64,000 nt of DNA from Candidatus Binatia bacterium (GTDB lineage Bacteria; Desulfobacterota; Binatia; Bin18), in the NCBI GenBank assembly GCA_963664395.2, contig OY761159.2, positions 2,208,001 through 2,272,000 on the forward strand, given 5' to 3'. The position numbers were made by a program, and so were the translations under genes. A model generated the notes under the pieces. That model was not told the origin of the DNA. It searched no databases and saw only the letters and a program-made list of their open reading frames with translations. This document shows, piece after piece, positions 7,836 through 19,784 of the stretch. Position 1 is the stretch's first letter, and each line of letters opens with the position of its first letter.

Positions 7836-9501
7836 TATGCCCGGGGACTGGCGTGAGGCGTTGATTGCGAGCCTTGCGTTGGTGAGCGATCGTATCGCCG
7901 ACCGTGGTAGCGCGATTGCTCATTGGGATGTGGGTAGAGAGACAGTGGTCAATACTTTCCAAAGATTCGCTTTACCGATCAGTTGGGATTTTTCCGAAAC
8001 GGCCGTCCTGAGCGAAACAACAGGCTCTTATTCCGGACAACTCGAATGGGTGGCCCGCTATCTGGAGCACGGGGTAAACGCTTCGACCTCTTCCGTGAAG
8101 CCGTACCCTGCTAAACGTAGTGCGATTAACCTCGAAGGAGAGTACGAGGCCATCATTACCGACCCGCCCTATTACGATGCCATTGGGTACTCGAACTTAA
8201 TGGACTTCTTCCATGTCTGGCTAAGGCGCTCCACACATGGCTTATCCTCTGACATCGACGCCGCTTTTCAGGAACCGCTTGGGCCGAAATGGGATCACGA
8301 CACCGGCGACGGCGAGTTAATCGACGATGCAAGCCGCTTCGACGGTGACAGAGCGCGTTCAAAGCAGAACTACGAAGACGGCATGGCCCGTGCGTTTCAG
8401 GCGTGCCACTCGGCGTTGAAATCTGACGGGCGGCTTATCGTGGCGTTTGCCAATAAATCGCCCGATGCCTGGGAGACGCTGGTCGCCGCGCTGATTCGCG
8501 CCGGATTTGTTGTTGACGGTTCGTGGCCGATTCAGACCGAGATGGGCAACCGGCCCCGTGCAATGGCCTCGGCGGCCTTGTCCTCTTCCGTCTGGCTCGT
8601 CTGCAAGAAACGTCCTCCTGCCCGACCCGGCTGGGACAACACTGTGCTGGCCGAGATGCGGGAGCGTATTCGCACGCAACTCCGCGACTTTTGGGACGCG
8701 GGTATTCGCGGCCCTGATTTCGTCTGGTCGGCGACCGGCCCGGCGTTGGAAGCCTTCTCCAAGTATCCCGTCGTGAAGAAGGCCGATGAAGCCGGCGCGC
8801 AGATGAGCGTCTCGGAGTTCCTGCGCGAGGTGCGCCGGATTGTGGTCGATTTCGTGGTCGGGCGCGTGCTCACGCAGGACGGCGAGGCCGAGGCCATCAG
8901 CGGGCTCGACGACGTCACGACCTATTACCTGCTGCACCGCAAGGATTTCGGCCTCGACAAAGCGCCCATCGGGGCCTGTATTCTGTACGCCCTGTCGTGC
9001 AACCTCTCAGACCGTGAACTGACCGACCGGCTTGACATCCTGGCACGCGCGGGCAAGACCCTGTTCGACGCCCTTGAGCCTGTCCTGAGCCCAGTCGAAG
9101 GGGACGACGACCGGACGGACGAGACCGAGGAGAGCGAGGCCGACTCCGGCGGCACGGGCAACACGGTCAAGCTGAAAGCCTGGCATCAGCGCCGGGCCAA
9201 ATGGCTCGGCATCGAGTCGCCACGGGAACGGCCCGTCCCGCTGATTGATCAGGCGCACCGGCTGATGCACCTGTGGCGGGCCGGCGACGAGGTCAAGGTC
9301 AACGATTATCTTGACACGCGCGGCCTCAAGCGTAACGCGCTGTTCGTCCAGCTTTTACAGGCGTTGATAGAACTCGCACCCGCCGGCTCCGAAGAGCGCG
9401 CCATTCTCGAATCGCTCTCCAACCACATTGCCGCCCACGGCGGCATCGCGCCGTCGCGTCAGGCCGCCCTTCAGCTTGGGGAGGCGGGAGGTTCGGAATG
9501 A
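7732..9501 (+). CDS. DUF1156 adenine DNA methyltransferase, C-terminal part
   Basis: KRQLL.LG.F continuation; catalytic IITDPPYYD; AWETLVAALIRAGF...SWPIQTE. Confidence 0.85.
   Translation: MDLTNGRSCLPKRQLLCLGSFVGIVRELARSMDGDMPGDWREALIASLALVSDRIADRGSAIAHWDVGRETVVNTFQRFALPISWDFSETAVLSETTGSYSGQLEWVARYLEHGVNASTSSVKPYPAKRSAINLEGEYEAIITDPPYYDAIGYSNLMDFFHVWLRRSTHGLSSDIDAAFQEPLGPKWDHDTGDGELIDDASRFDGDRARSKQNYEDGMARAFQACHSALKSDGRLIVAFANKSPDAWETLVAALIRAGFVVDGSWPIQTEMGNRPRAMASAALSSSVWLVCKKRPPARPGWDNTVLAEMRERIRTQLRDFWDAGIRGPDFVWSATGPALEAFSKYPVVKKADEAGAQMSVSEFLREVRRIVVDFVVGRVLTQDGEAEAISGLDDVTTYYLLHRKDFGLDKAPIGACILYALSCNLSDRELTDRLDILARAGKTLFDALEPVLSPVEGDDDRTDETEESEADSGGTGNTVKLKAWHQRRAKWLGIESPRERPVPLIDQAHRLMHLWRAGDEVKVNDYLDTRGLKRNALFVQLLQALIELAPAGSEERAILESLSNHIAAHGGIAPSRQAALQLGEAGGSE
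9078..9102 (-). repeat. 25-bp REP-like element, copy 2 (in frame, encodes PVLSPVEG)
   Basis: GCCTGTCCTGAGCCCAGTCGAAGGG. Confidence 0.8.
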
Positions 9502-9519
9502 CGGCGGGTTGCATTGATT

Positions 9520-9828
9520 ATGCTGGATAGAATACAAGCCCAAGCTCGTGCAAACATCGTCCGTGTGACGCAACACGCGCAACAAGAAATGGTTGAAGAA
9601 TCCATCTCGCTTGATGAAGTATTGGAGGCTATTTCTCAGGGGCACATCCTGGAAAACTATGCCCAGCATCGAAGAGGTGCGTGCTGTTTGCTCCATGGGT
9701 TCACCAAGGCGGGACGAGCTGTTCATGTTGTTTGCACGACGGCGCAACCGACTCTTGTCATCATTACAGTGTATGAGCCTAAATTGCCTAAATGGATCAC
9801 TCCAACCCAAAGGAGACGTACACCATGA
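9520..9828 (+). CDS. DUF4258 protein (putative RelE-like toxin)
   Basis: TQHAQQEM...EVLEAI..G.ILENY...CLLHG...HVVC...IITVYEP..W. Confidence 0.8.
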   Translation: MLDRIQAQARANIVRVTQHAQQEMVEESISLDEVLEAISQGHILENYAQHRRGACCLLHGFTKAGRAVHVVCTTAQPTLVIITVYEPKLPKWITPTQRRRTP

Positions 9829-10049
9829 AGTGTAGTATTGAGGGATGTCCGGGAGAATATGAACAGGGAACGGTCATGCACACCGTGCGTCACCATGGTC
9901 AGGTAACCGTCATTGACCACGTTCCGGCTGATGTATGTTCCGTATGTGGAGACGTGCTGCTGGAGCCGGACACTGTTCGCCGGATTGAAGCCTTGCTTCA
10001 AAAAAGGCAGAAACCGGCCAGTACGGTGCCCTTATACGAGTTCGCGTAA
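9825..10049 (+). CDS. YgiT-type zinc finger protein (MqsA-like antitoxin)
   Basis: MKCSIEGC...HVPADVCSVCGD; ATGA overlap with DUF4258; AGGAG RBS. Confidence 0.8.
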   Translation: MKCSIEGCPGEYEQGTVMHTVRHHGQVTVIDHVPADVCSVCGDVLLEPDTVRRIEALLQKRQKPASTVPLYEFA

Positions 10050-10079
10050 AGAGCCACCTTACAAGTGAACGAGGACGCT

Positions 10080-13000
10080 ATGACCAAACTTCCCTGGACT
10101 CCCTGGCACGAAGTGGTGACGCTGCGTGACGATGTGCGCACGGGCGAACTGTCGCTGGCCGACTTTGCCGCGGACCTGCACGACGTAATGATGCAGACCG
10201 GCACGCGGCCAATCTATGAGGACCCGGCGCGGTTTTTTGGCCTGACCTATCCGACGCTCTCGCTGCGCGACCTGGCAAAGGATGTGGTGCTGCGTCTTGC
10301 CGGGCAGAACACCAAAGCCATCCGGCAGCTTGAGCTGACCTACGGCGGCGGCAAGACGCATACGCTGGTGACGCTTCGCCACCTCGTACACGACCCTACA
10401 ACGCTCCCTTCGATTCCCACGGTCGAGCATTTCAAATCCCATATCGGGGTGCCCTTGCCGCGGGCGTGTGTGGTGGCGCTCAGCTTTGACAAGCTTGACG
10501 TAGAAAAGGGCATGCAGGTGCGTGGGCCGCAGGGGGAACTGCGCTGGCTCAAGCATCCGTGGAGCGTGCTTGCCTTCCAGATCGCGGGCGCAGACGGGCT
10601 GCGTGCCCTGCATGCCGACGGCAAAGCTGAGGAACGCGAGACGCCGCCCGCGGAACCATTGCTCGCTACCCTGCTGTCGCGACCGCAGGCTGACGGGCTT
10701 TCGACCCTGGTGCTGATCGACGAAGTGCTGATGTATGCCCGCGAGAAGGCTGCGATGGGTGAGGTGTGGCGCAGCCGTCTGATCGACTTTTTTCAATACC
10801 TGTGTCAGGCCGCAACCAAGGTTGACCGCTGCGCCCTGGTTGCCTCGCTGCTCGCCTCCGACCCGGAGAAGAGTGACCAGTTCGGCAAGGAGCTGAGCGC
10901 CCAGATATTTGAGATATTCAACCGGCAGCGTGAAGAAGGGGTGCAGCCGGTGCAGAAGGAGGACGTGGCTGAGGTGCTGCGCCGTCGGTTTTTTGAAACT
11001 GCGTCCATCACCGACCCGGAAGTCTTCCGTCCGCACGTCACGACCGCGGTGGCCAATATCGCCGAGCTTGAAGAGACGGTCCGTAAGGACCGAAAGAACG
11101 CGGAGGAACGATTTCTCCGTAGCTATCCCTTTCATCCTGACTTGACCGACATCTTTTATACCCGCTGGACGCAACTCAATGGCTTCCAGCGCACGCGCGG
11201 CATCCTCAGAACCTTTGCCATCGCGCTCCGTGACGCTGAGAAGTGGGACACCTCGGCCCTTATTGGGCCAAATGTGTTCCTGCCGGCTCCCGGAGAATCC
11301 GGTATTGCCGAAGCGGCCCGTGAGCTGACCGGTATTGCTACCCGTGAAGCGACCGAGGGAGCGGGCAACGACTGGAGCTCGGTTTTGGAAGGCGAGCTGG
11401 CAAAGGCGCGCACGATTCAGACCGAGCAGCCTGGGCTGAAGTTCCGAGAGGTGGAGCAGGCCGTAGGTGCGGTCTTCCTGAGTTCACAGCCCATAAATCA
11501 GAAGGCGCGCACGCCGGAGCTGTTTACGCTGACAGGCGCATCCCGCCCGGACCGCATCGAACTGGAGAAGGGCCTGCGGCGTTGGACGGAGCTGTCCTGG
11601 TTCCTTGACGAGGCCGAATTTGTGGCAGATGCCACTGACAACGGCCGGCCGCAAACCTTGCCGAAAGCCTGGCGTCTCGGCAACCGACCGAATCTGAAGC
11701 AGATGCATCACGACGCGTGCGCGAACCGGGTGACCGAAGAGTTGGTCGAACAGAGGCTCCTGGCGGACGTGCAGCATACGAAGAGCCTGACCCAGGGGGC
11801 TGCGCCGTCCGGCGTGCGCGTTCATACGCTGCCCGAGCAACCGCGCGACATTGGGAATGACGGCGATTTTCACTTTGCCATCCTCGGACCGAAGGCCGTA
11901 TCTGACTCGGGCAAGCCGAGTGCTGCGGCGCGCCGCTTCATCGACGAAACGACCGGGTCGGACCGGCCCCGCACGTATCGCAACGCGGTCGTGCTGGTTG
12001 CGCCGTCGCGCGACGGCCTTGAAGCGGTTCGCACCCGCATCCGCGAGTATCTCGGCTGGGAGGAAGTCCGCAGCCAACTCAGAGACCAGCCGCATGATCC
12101 TCTGCGTGAAGGGCGGCTGGCAGCGTGGACGGAAGAAGCGAGAAAACGGATTCCGGAGGCGATCCGTCAAGCCTGGTCTATCGTTGTGACGGTGAATGAG
12201 CAGAACGAGGTCCAGGCATTCAGAATCACGGTTGGCTCGGAGCCGCTGTTCTCGACCGTGAAAGCGGATAAACGCACGCGCATCCAGGACACTCCGGTCA
12301 GCGCCGAGGCCATGCTGCCGGGTGGCCCCTACGACCTGTGGCGCGAGGACGAACCGTCGCGGCGCGTCAAAGACTTGGTGACCGCATTTGCCGAGAACCC
12401 CAGGCTGCCGAAAATGCTCCGGCAGAAAGAGATTCTCGACACCATCAATCAGGGCGTGCAGGAGGGCCTCTTCGTCGCAGTGCTGACCCGTCCCGACAAG
12501 TCCCTCAAAACGTGGTGGCGCATGTCGGTTGACGAGACCGCTCGCAAGGACCCTGGGCTTGAATTATTCCTTCCCGAGAAAGCCGCCCTTTCCGAGCTCC
12601 AGCCGAATATTCTGATTCCCGGTGTTCTCCCGGAGTTGTGGACCGGCGAGTCCGTCTCCGTAGCCGATGTCGTGGCGTATTTCTCGGATGGCCGGACGAT
12701 CGCGGTACAACGCGAGGGGTACGAAGAGCCGGTCGGCATCCCGGCCTGTGCGCCAGCCGTGGTCGAGGGAGCAATAGCGGCTGCCGTTGGTCAAGGCGTT
12801 CTCTGGCTTGTGAACGGTCCGGCGAGTTTCCAGGCTGAGCCCCTTCCGACGGGCGTGTTGACTGCCGCCGCGCAATTGCGGGGACCGATGCCGCCGCTAC
12901 CGGTCGATAGCCTCACCCCTGAGGCATTGCCCGAGGCGTGGCAGGATGGACAAACGACGGCTCTGGCTCTGTCCATTGGTGTGTCTGCTCAGGGAGGACA

Positions 13001-13409
13001 ACCCGTACCGTGGATGGTTCTCCGTGACGGAATCGGCGGTGCGATCAAGGCAAGCTGGCTCGCACTCGCGCCGGGAAGCGGCTCTTGGCCGTGTGACGCC
13101 GCCGGGGCTTCTGCTGTAACGCTACGACAGCCCGAGACGCCGGCGGGCAGGAACGGCCCGCTGCCCGCCGGGCCGATGCAGATATCGGAAAGAACTGGAG
13201 TCTACACCTCTTCCGTGGAGCTGGACCCTTCCAATTTGCAGGATCTGATTGAGGTGCTGCCGGACATTATCAAAGCCGCGGCCGGCGTGCCGCTGCAATT
13301 CAAGCTGTCCGTCACCTTGGGAGACGGCCAGGAGGTCGGCTCCGACACGATCGAGTCTTTGAACACGCTGCTGGAGGAAGTGAGCGCGAATCTTCGCCTG
13401 AAGGCATAG
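10080..13409 (+). CDS. DUF499 family AAA+ ATPase
   Basis: PWHEVV.LR.DV..G...FAADL; Walker A YGGGKTH; Walker B LVLIDE; YPFHP; FQRTRG.LR. Confidence 0.88.
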   Translation: MTKLPWTPWHEVVTLRDDVRTGELSLADFAADLHDVMMQTGTRPIYEDPARFFGLTYPTLSLRDLAKDVVLRLAGQNTKAIRQLELTYGGGKTHTLVTLRHLVHDPTTLPSIPTVEHFKSHIGVPLPRACVVALSFDKLDVEKGMQVRGPQGELRWLKHPWSVLAFQIAGADGLRALHADGKAEERETPPAEPLLATLLSRPQADGLSTLVLIDEVLMYAREKAAMGEVWRSRLIDFFQYLCQAATKVDRCALVASLLASDPEKSDQFGKELSAQIFEIFNRQREEGVQPVQKEDVAEVLRRRFFETASITDPEVFRPHVTTAVANIAELEETVRKDRKNAEERFLRSYPFHPDLTDIFYTRWTQLNGFQRTRGILRTFAIALRDAEKWDTSALIGPNVFLPAPGESGIAEAARELTGIATREATEGAGNDWSSVLEGELAKARTIQTEQPGLKFREVEQAVGAVFLSSQPINQKARTPELFTLTGASRPDRIELEKGLRRWTELSWFLDEAEFVADATDNGRPQTLPKAWRLGNRPNLKQMHHDACANRVTEELVEQRLLADVQHTKSLTQGAAPSGVRVHTLPEQPRDIGNDGDFHFAILGPKAVSDSGKPSAAARRFIDETTGSDRPRTYRNAVVLVAPSRDGLEAVRTRIREYLGWEEVRSQLRDQPHDPLREGRLAAWTEEARKRIPEAIRQAWSIVVTVNEQNEVQAFRITVGSEPLFSTVKADKRTRIQDTPVSAEAMLPGGPYDLWREDEPSRRVKDLVTAFAENPRLPKMLRQKEILDTINQGVQEGLFVAVLTRPDKSLKTWWRMSVDETARKDPGLELFLPEKAALSELQPNILIPGVLPELWTGESVSVADVVAYFSDGRTIAVQREGYEEPVGIPACAPAVVEGAIAAAVGQGVLWLVNGPASFQAEPLPTGVLTAAAQLRGPMPPLPVDSLTPEALPEAWQDGQTTALALSIGVSAQGGQPVPWMVLRDGIGGAIKASWLALAPGSGSWPCDAAGASAVTLRQPETPAGRNGPLPAGPMQISERTGVYTSSVELDPSNLQDLIEVLPDIIKAAAGVPLQFKLSVTLGDGQEVGSDTIESLNTLLEEVSANLRLKA

Positions 13410-13516
13410 TCCCGCATACTGGATGAGCGTAGCGTATCCTATACGCCGCTGGATATTGCGCCGGACAAGAGTGCGGCATAAGACAGGAGGACCGCCAGTT
13501 GGACAGGAGACATACT

Positions 13517-14542
13517 ATGGCAGCCGACCGCGAAGCCTGGATCAAACTGACCTCAGAAGAAGCGCTCGACCCGGACCTCCCTATTTGTGACCCACATCAT
13601 CATCTGTGGGATTATCCCAGGAATCGCTATTTGCTGGAAGATCTGCTCCGGGACCTCGAGGGCGGGCATCGGGTGACCCAGACGGTCTTTGTTGAGTGTG
13701 TGTCCATGTACCGAAAAGACGGTCCCGAAGAGATGCAGCCGGTCGGAGAGACCGAATTTGTGCAAGGCGTCGCCGCCCAGAGTGCGAGTGGAAACTACGG
13801 GCCGACGGCGGTCGCCGCCGGGATCGTCAGCCTGGCCAACCTCTCTCTCGGCCCGGCGGTCGAACCCGTCCTCGAAGCGCATATGGCGGCCAGCCATAAC
13901 CGTTTTCGTGGGATTCGGCACGCTTCAAGCTGGCATGCGCATGAGAAAATCAGGAACGCGCATACGCACCCTTCGGAAGGCCTCCTGTCAGACGCGACGT
14001 TCAGACAGGGATTTGCCTGTTTACATAAGCTCGGTCTGAGCTTTGACGCCTGGATGTATCATACTCAGCTTGCCGACCTGGTTGATCTGGCTCACGCCTT
14101 TCCTGACGCAACGATCATCCTCGATCATGTTGGCGGGCCGCTGGGTGTTGGTCCGTACGCGGGCAAGCAGGACGAGGTCTTTCAAGAATGGAAGAAGAGG
14201 ATTGCCGATCTCTCACACTGTCAGAATGTGGTGATCAAACTTGGTGGCGTCACCATGCCGATGTGTGGCTTCGGCTGGCATCAGTGGGAAAAACCGCCGA
14301 CTTCGGAGGAAATTGCTCGGGTAACCGCCCCGTATTACCTCTTTTGTATTGAGCAGTTCGGCGTAGACCGGTGTATGTTCGAGAGCAACTTTCCGGTTGA
14401 TAAGGCTTCGTGCTCGTACACTGTGCTGTGGAATTCGTTTAAGCGTATCGCCCAAGACTTCTCACACGACGAACGTGTGGCGCTATTCCATGATACCGCC
14501 GCGCGGACCTATAAAATACAATCCGCAACACAGCTACCGTAG
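13517..14542 (+). CDS. Amidohydrolase_2 family protein
   Basis: ICDPHHHLW, LSFDAW, LDHVGGP, MFESNFPVDK. Confidence 0.88.
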   Translation: MAADREAWIKLTSEEALDPDLPICDPHHHLWDYPRNRYLLEDLLRDLEGGHRVTQTVFVECVSMYRKDGPEEMQPVGETEFVQGVAAQSASGNYGPTAVAAGIVSLANLSLGPAVEPVLEAHMAASHNRFRGIRHASSWHAHEKIRNAHTHPSEGLLSDATFRQGFACLHKLGLSFDAWMYHTQLADLVDLAHAFPDATIILDHVGGPLGVGPYAGKQDEVFQEWKKRIADLSHCQNVVIKLGGVTMPMCGFGWHQWEKPPTSEEIARVTAPYYLFCIEQFGVDRCMFESNFPVDKASCSYTVLWNSFKRIAQDFSHDERVALFHDTAARTYKIQSATQLP

Positions 14543-14559
14543 CTGCTCTTACGCCGCTT

Positions 14560-15348
14560 TCATATCTCGCCCGGCAGAGCTTGGTAAAAGCCATTGGTCT
14601 GGACCAGCTCGACCGGTGTGTCGAACAGGGCGCTGAGGTTCGCGTTGGTGAGAATATCTTCTTTCTCACCGTCTGCGATCACCTTGCCCTGTTTAAGGAG
14701 AACAACCCGCGAGATCTCCGGCGGGATTTCATGAATGTGGTGAGTGACCAAAGCAAGCGTCTTGCCGGCTTGCATGAGTTGCCGAATGGTCTCTATGTAT
14801 TGAAAACACGCACTGAGGTCGAGTCCGCTGGTTGGTTCGTCCAATACCAGGGTTTCAGGGTCGTTAATCAGCGCCCGGCCGAGAAGAAAGCGGCGCTGCT
14901 CACCCGTAGACATGGTCGCATAGGTTTTCTCTTGCAGCGCGCTGATCCCGAGCGTGTCCAGGACTTTTTGCGCGCGCGCGGTATCGTCGTCACTAAATGT
15001 GTGGTGCCAGGCGATGTCTATGCTTGAGTAGAAGCCTGATAAAATAATATTAAACCCACGGGCATTACCAACATACTGCTGCTGCAAATCGTGGGACACG
15101 ATGCCAAAGCGGGAGCGTAGTTCCCACACATCCCAACGCTCCTGCCCATATAAACGCACGTAACTATCTTCCTGGTAAACAGGATATAGATCGCGAGACA
15201 GGAGCTTGAGCAAGGTTGATTTACCCGCGCCATTGGGGCCAAGGATGACCGTGTTTTGACCCTTGGTGAGGTCGAGAGAGAAATTTTCGAACACGCAGGT
15301 TTGGCCACGATAGACGGTGGCATTTTTAATCTCGATAATTTTCTGCAT
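14560..15348 (-). CDS. ABC transporter ATP-binding protein (ModF-like)
   Basis: GPNGAGKST, MSTGEQRR, LVLDEP, VTHH. Confidence 0.88.
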   Translation of the reverse strand: MQKIIEIKNATVYRGQTCVFENFSLDLTKGQNTVILGPNGAGKSTLLKLLSRDLYPVYQEDSYVRLYGQERWDVWELRSRFGIVSHDLQQQYVGNARGFNIILSGFYSSIDIAWHHTFSDDDTARAQKVLDTLGISALQEKTYATMSTGEQRRFLLGRALINDPETLVLDEPTSGLDLSACFQYIETIRQLMQAGKTLALVTHHIHEIPPEISRVVLLKQGKVIADGEKEDILTNANLSALFDTPVELVQTNGFYQALPGEI

Positions 15349-15360
15349 ACAGCCTTCCTT

Positions 15361-15693
15361 CTATTCGAGTCGTATCCAGAGACAGTCCGTCCCATCCAGA
15401 AACATATGAATGACAAGCCCCAGGGCGATCAGCCTCAACGGGTTCGACTGCCTCAAATTGGGGATCACGAGGAGGAACAGATAGACGGCAATGGCCGGGT
15501 AGGAGTGGAGAGGATGAAAGCCGATCCCACAGCGCTGCGGATCGTATATGGGATCGGCGAGAAGATGATCAATATCAACCACCATAGTGCTGACCATGAC
15601 CAGGAAGGCCCACCGCCACCGATCAAAATAGAATGTCCGCGCTACAAGCGCCGGAACAATGAAATGAAGAACCATATGAATCATTGGACGCAT
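15361..15693 (-). CDS. DUF6122-like membrane protein
   Basis: LHFIVP...TMVVDIDHLLADPIYDPQRCGIGFHPLH. Confidence 0.75.
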   Translation of the reverse strand: MRPMIHMVLHFIVPALVARTFYFDRWRWAFLVMVSTMVVDIDHLLADPIYDPQRCGIGFHPLHSYPAIAVYLFLLVIPNLRQSNPLRLIALGLVIHMFLDGTDCLWIRLE

Positions 15694-15730
15694 GGGCGCT
15701 GAGAGGACTCATGTCTATGAGAAGAAAGAA

Positions 15731-16834
15731 CTAATGTTTCCCGAGCTTGAGATACGGACGGGGGGAATACGGCTCTCTGGCCCCTCGGGTCGCCAGGTCT
15801 TGGAGCAGGGCGTCGCCGAGGGCGAGGGCAAGCATGGCCTCAGCCATCGGCACGCCGCGAATGGCAACACAGGGGTCGTGTCTGCCCTTGGTGCTGATTG
15901 TCCTGGGCTGCAACTGCGTGTCTAGCGTCTGTTGCTCACGTGGTATCGAAGACGTCGGTTTCACCACGACGCGGGCCACAATAGGCGCGCCAGACGAAAT
16001 GCCGCCCAGAATACCGCCATGATTATTGCTGCGAAAGCCGTCAACGTCCATTTCGTCGTTCATCTGACTGCCGCGCATGGCCGCGGCGGCAAAACCGGCT
16101 CCAATCTCTACGCCCTTCACTGCGGGAAGAGACATCAGGGCGCTAACAATAGTGGAATCGAGCTTGCCAAAGACCGGCTCGCCAAGACCGGGCGGAACGC
16201 CCGTGGCGACCACTTCAATAATGCCGCCAACCGAATCGCGTTCTTTCCGGGCCTGTTCGACTTCCTCCCGCATGGCTTGCACAGTGTCCGGATCAACGCT
16301 GCGCAGCTCATTGTGCTCGACCTGTTCCCAGACATAGCGTTGTGCTCGGACGCTGCCAACTTGGACGACGCCGCCAACTATCGATATGCCGAATTGCGCC
16401 AGGAGCTGTTTTGCGAGAGCCCCGGCAATCACGCGGCCGACTGATTCGCGGGCTGATGCCCTCCCTCCGCCACGATAATCGCGATGGCCGTATTTTGCGA
16501 AATACGTAAAGTCTGCGTGTCCGGGACGAAAGAGGTCTTTGATATCCGCATAGTCTTTTGAGCGGGTGTCTTCGTTGAAGACCATGATCATCATGGGTGT
16601 CCCGGTGGTTTTGCCTTCATAGACGCCAGAGAAAATCTCGAACTGTTCTTTTTCCTGACGTTGTGTCACCAGTTTGGATTGGCCAGGCCGGCGCCGCTGA
16701 AGTTCGGTGTGAATACCGGCCTCGTCGATCTCGAAGTCAGCCGGAAAACCATCAATGACCACGCCGACTGCTCTGCCATGGCTCTCACCGAAGGTTGTGA
16801 CGCGTAAGATTGTGCCGAAAGTATTGCCTGTCAT
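15731..16834 (-). CDS. aroC: Chorismate synthase
   Basis: [38 protein letters not shown]. Confidence 0.96.
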   Translation of the reverse strand: MTGNTFGTILRVTTFGESHGRAVGVVIDGFPADFEIDEAGIHTELQRRRPGQSKLVTQRQEKEQFEIFSGVYEGKTTGTPMMIMVFNEDTRSKDYADIKDLFRPGHADFTYFAKYGHRDYRGGGRASARESVGRVIAGALAKQLLAQFGISIVGGVVQVGSVRAQRYVWEQVEHNELRSVDPDTVQAMREEVEQARKERDSVGGIIEVVATGVPPGLGEPVFGKLDSTIVSALMSLPAVKGVEIGAGFAAAAMRGSQMNDEMDVDGFRSNNHGGILGGISSGAPIVARVVVKPTSSIPREQQTLDTQLQPRTISTKGRHDPCVAIRGVPMAEAMLALALGDALLQDLATRGAREPYSPRPYLKLGKH

Positions 16835-16921
16835 CGGTTCACCGCAGGAGAGGCGATAGGCGGCGATTATTTTCTCACCGCCGCCTTCGTCAGGGGTGAT
16901 ACTACCACGTCTGCCTCAACG

Positions 16922-16946
16922 AAAAAGGGGCCGGTCCATCGGCCCC
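16922..16946 (-). terminator. Intrinsic terminator after atpC
   Basis: On minus strand GGGGCCG-atggac-CGGCCCC followed by TTTTT. Confidence 0.7.
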
Positions 16947-16984
16947 CCTGGAGAACGTACAATGTTTGAGTGAAGTTGAGCAGG

Positions 16985-17392
16985 TTAGTTGCGAGACGCA
17001 ACGTCCAAACGGACCTGAGCAAGACGGAGAGTATTCTGAGCGTCCTCAAAGCCGGCGTCGTCTGGCAAAAGGTTGCTGAGCGAGGCTTCAGCCTCGCGAA
17101 CCGCCTCTTGCGCTTGCGCCGCGTCGATTTCGTTTGCGTACGCGGCATCAGTACACAGGACAGTCATAAGGTTGTCCACCACTTCAGCGAATCCGTCACT
17201 CACAGCCAATGACTGGCTTTGTCCGCCCTGCTTATAGGACAAGCGCCCAGGCTGGAGCGAAGACAAGAATATGGCGTGATTTGGGAACACACCAAACTCA
17301 CCCACTGTGCCGGGAGCGGTGACTTCATCGACCTCCTCATCAAGGAGGAGACGCTCTGGGGTGACTAAACGCAGACGCAGGATATCAGCCAT
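16985..17392 (-). CDS. atpC: ATP synthase F1 epsilon
   Basis: LVTPER...APGTVGEFGVFPNH, GFAEV; operon position. Confidence 0.95.
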   Translation of the reverse strand: MADILRLRLVTPERLLLDEEVDEVTAPGTVGEFGVFPNHAIFLSSLQPGRLSYKQGGQSQSLAVSDGFAEVVDNLMTVLCTDAAYANEIDAAQAQEAVREAEASLSNLLPDDAGFEDAQNTLRLAQVRLDVASRN

Positions 17393-17446
17393 AATGCTCG
17401 TTGAATGCTCGTGCGGGAAAAGGTCTTGTCCCCCTTCCCTTCTTGT

Positions 17447-19769
<2,323 letters not shown>

Positions 19770-19784
19770 ATGTCAGTCGTTCAG

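Larger units (their letters stand above)
1381..13409 (+). other. DUF499/DUF1156/SNF2 restriction-like (BREX-related) anti-phage locus with accessory cargo
   Basis: Co-oriented SNF2-DUF3883, DUF1156 adenine methyltransferase and DUF499 ATPase genes, with overlapping or short junctions. Confidence 0.8.
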
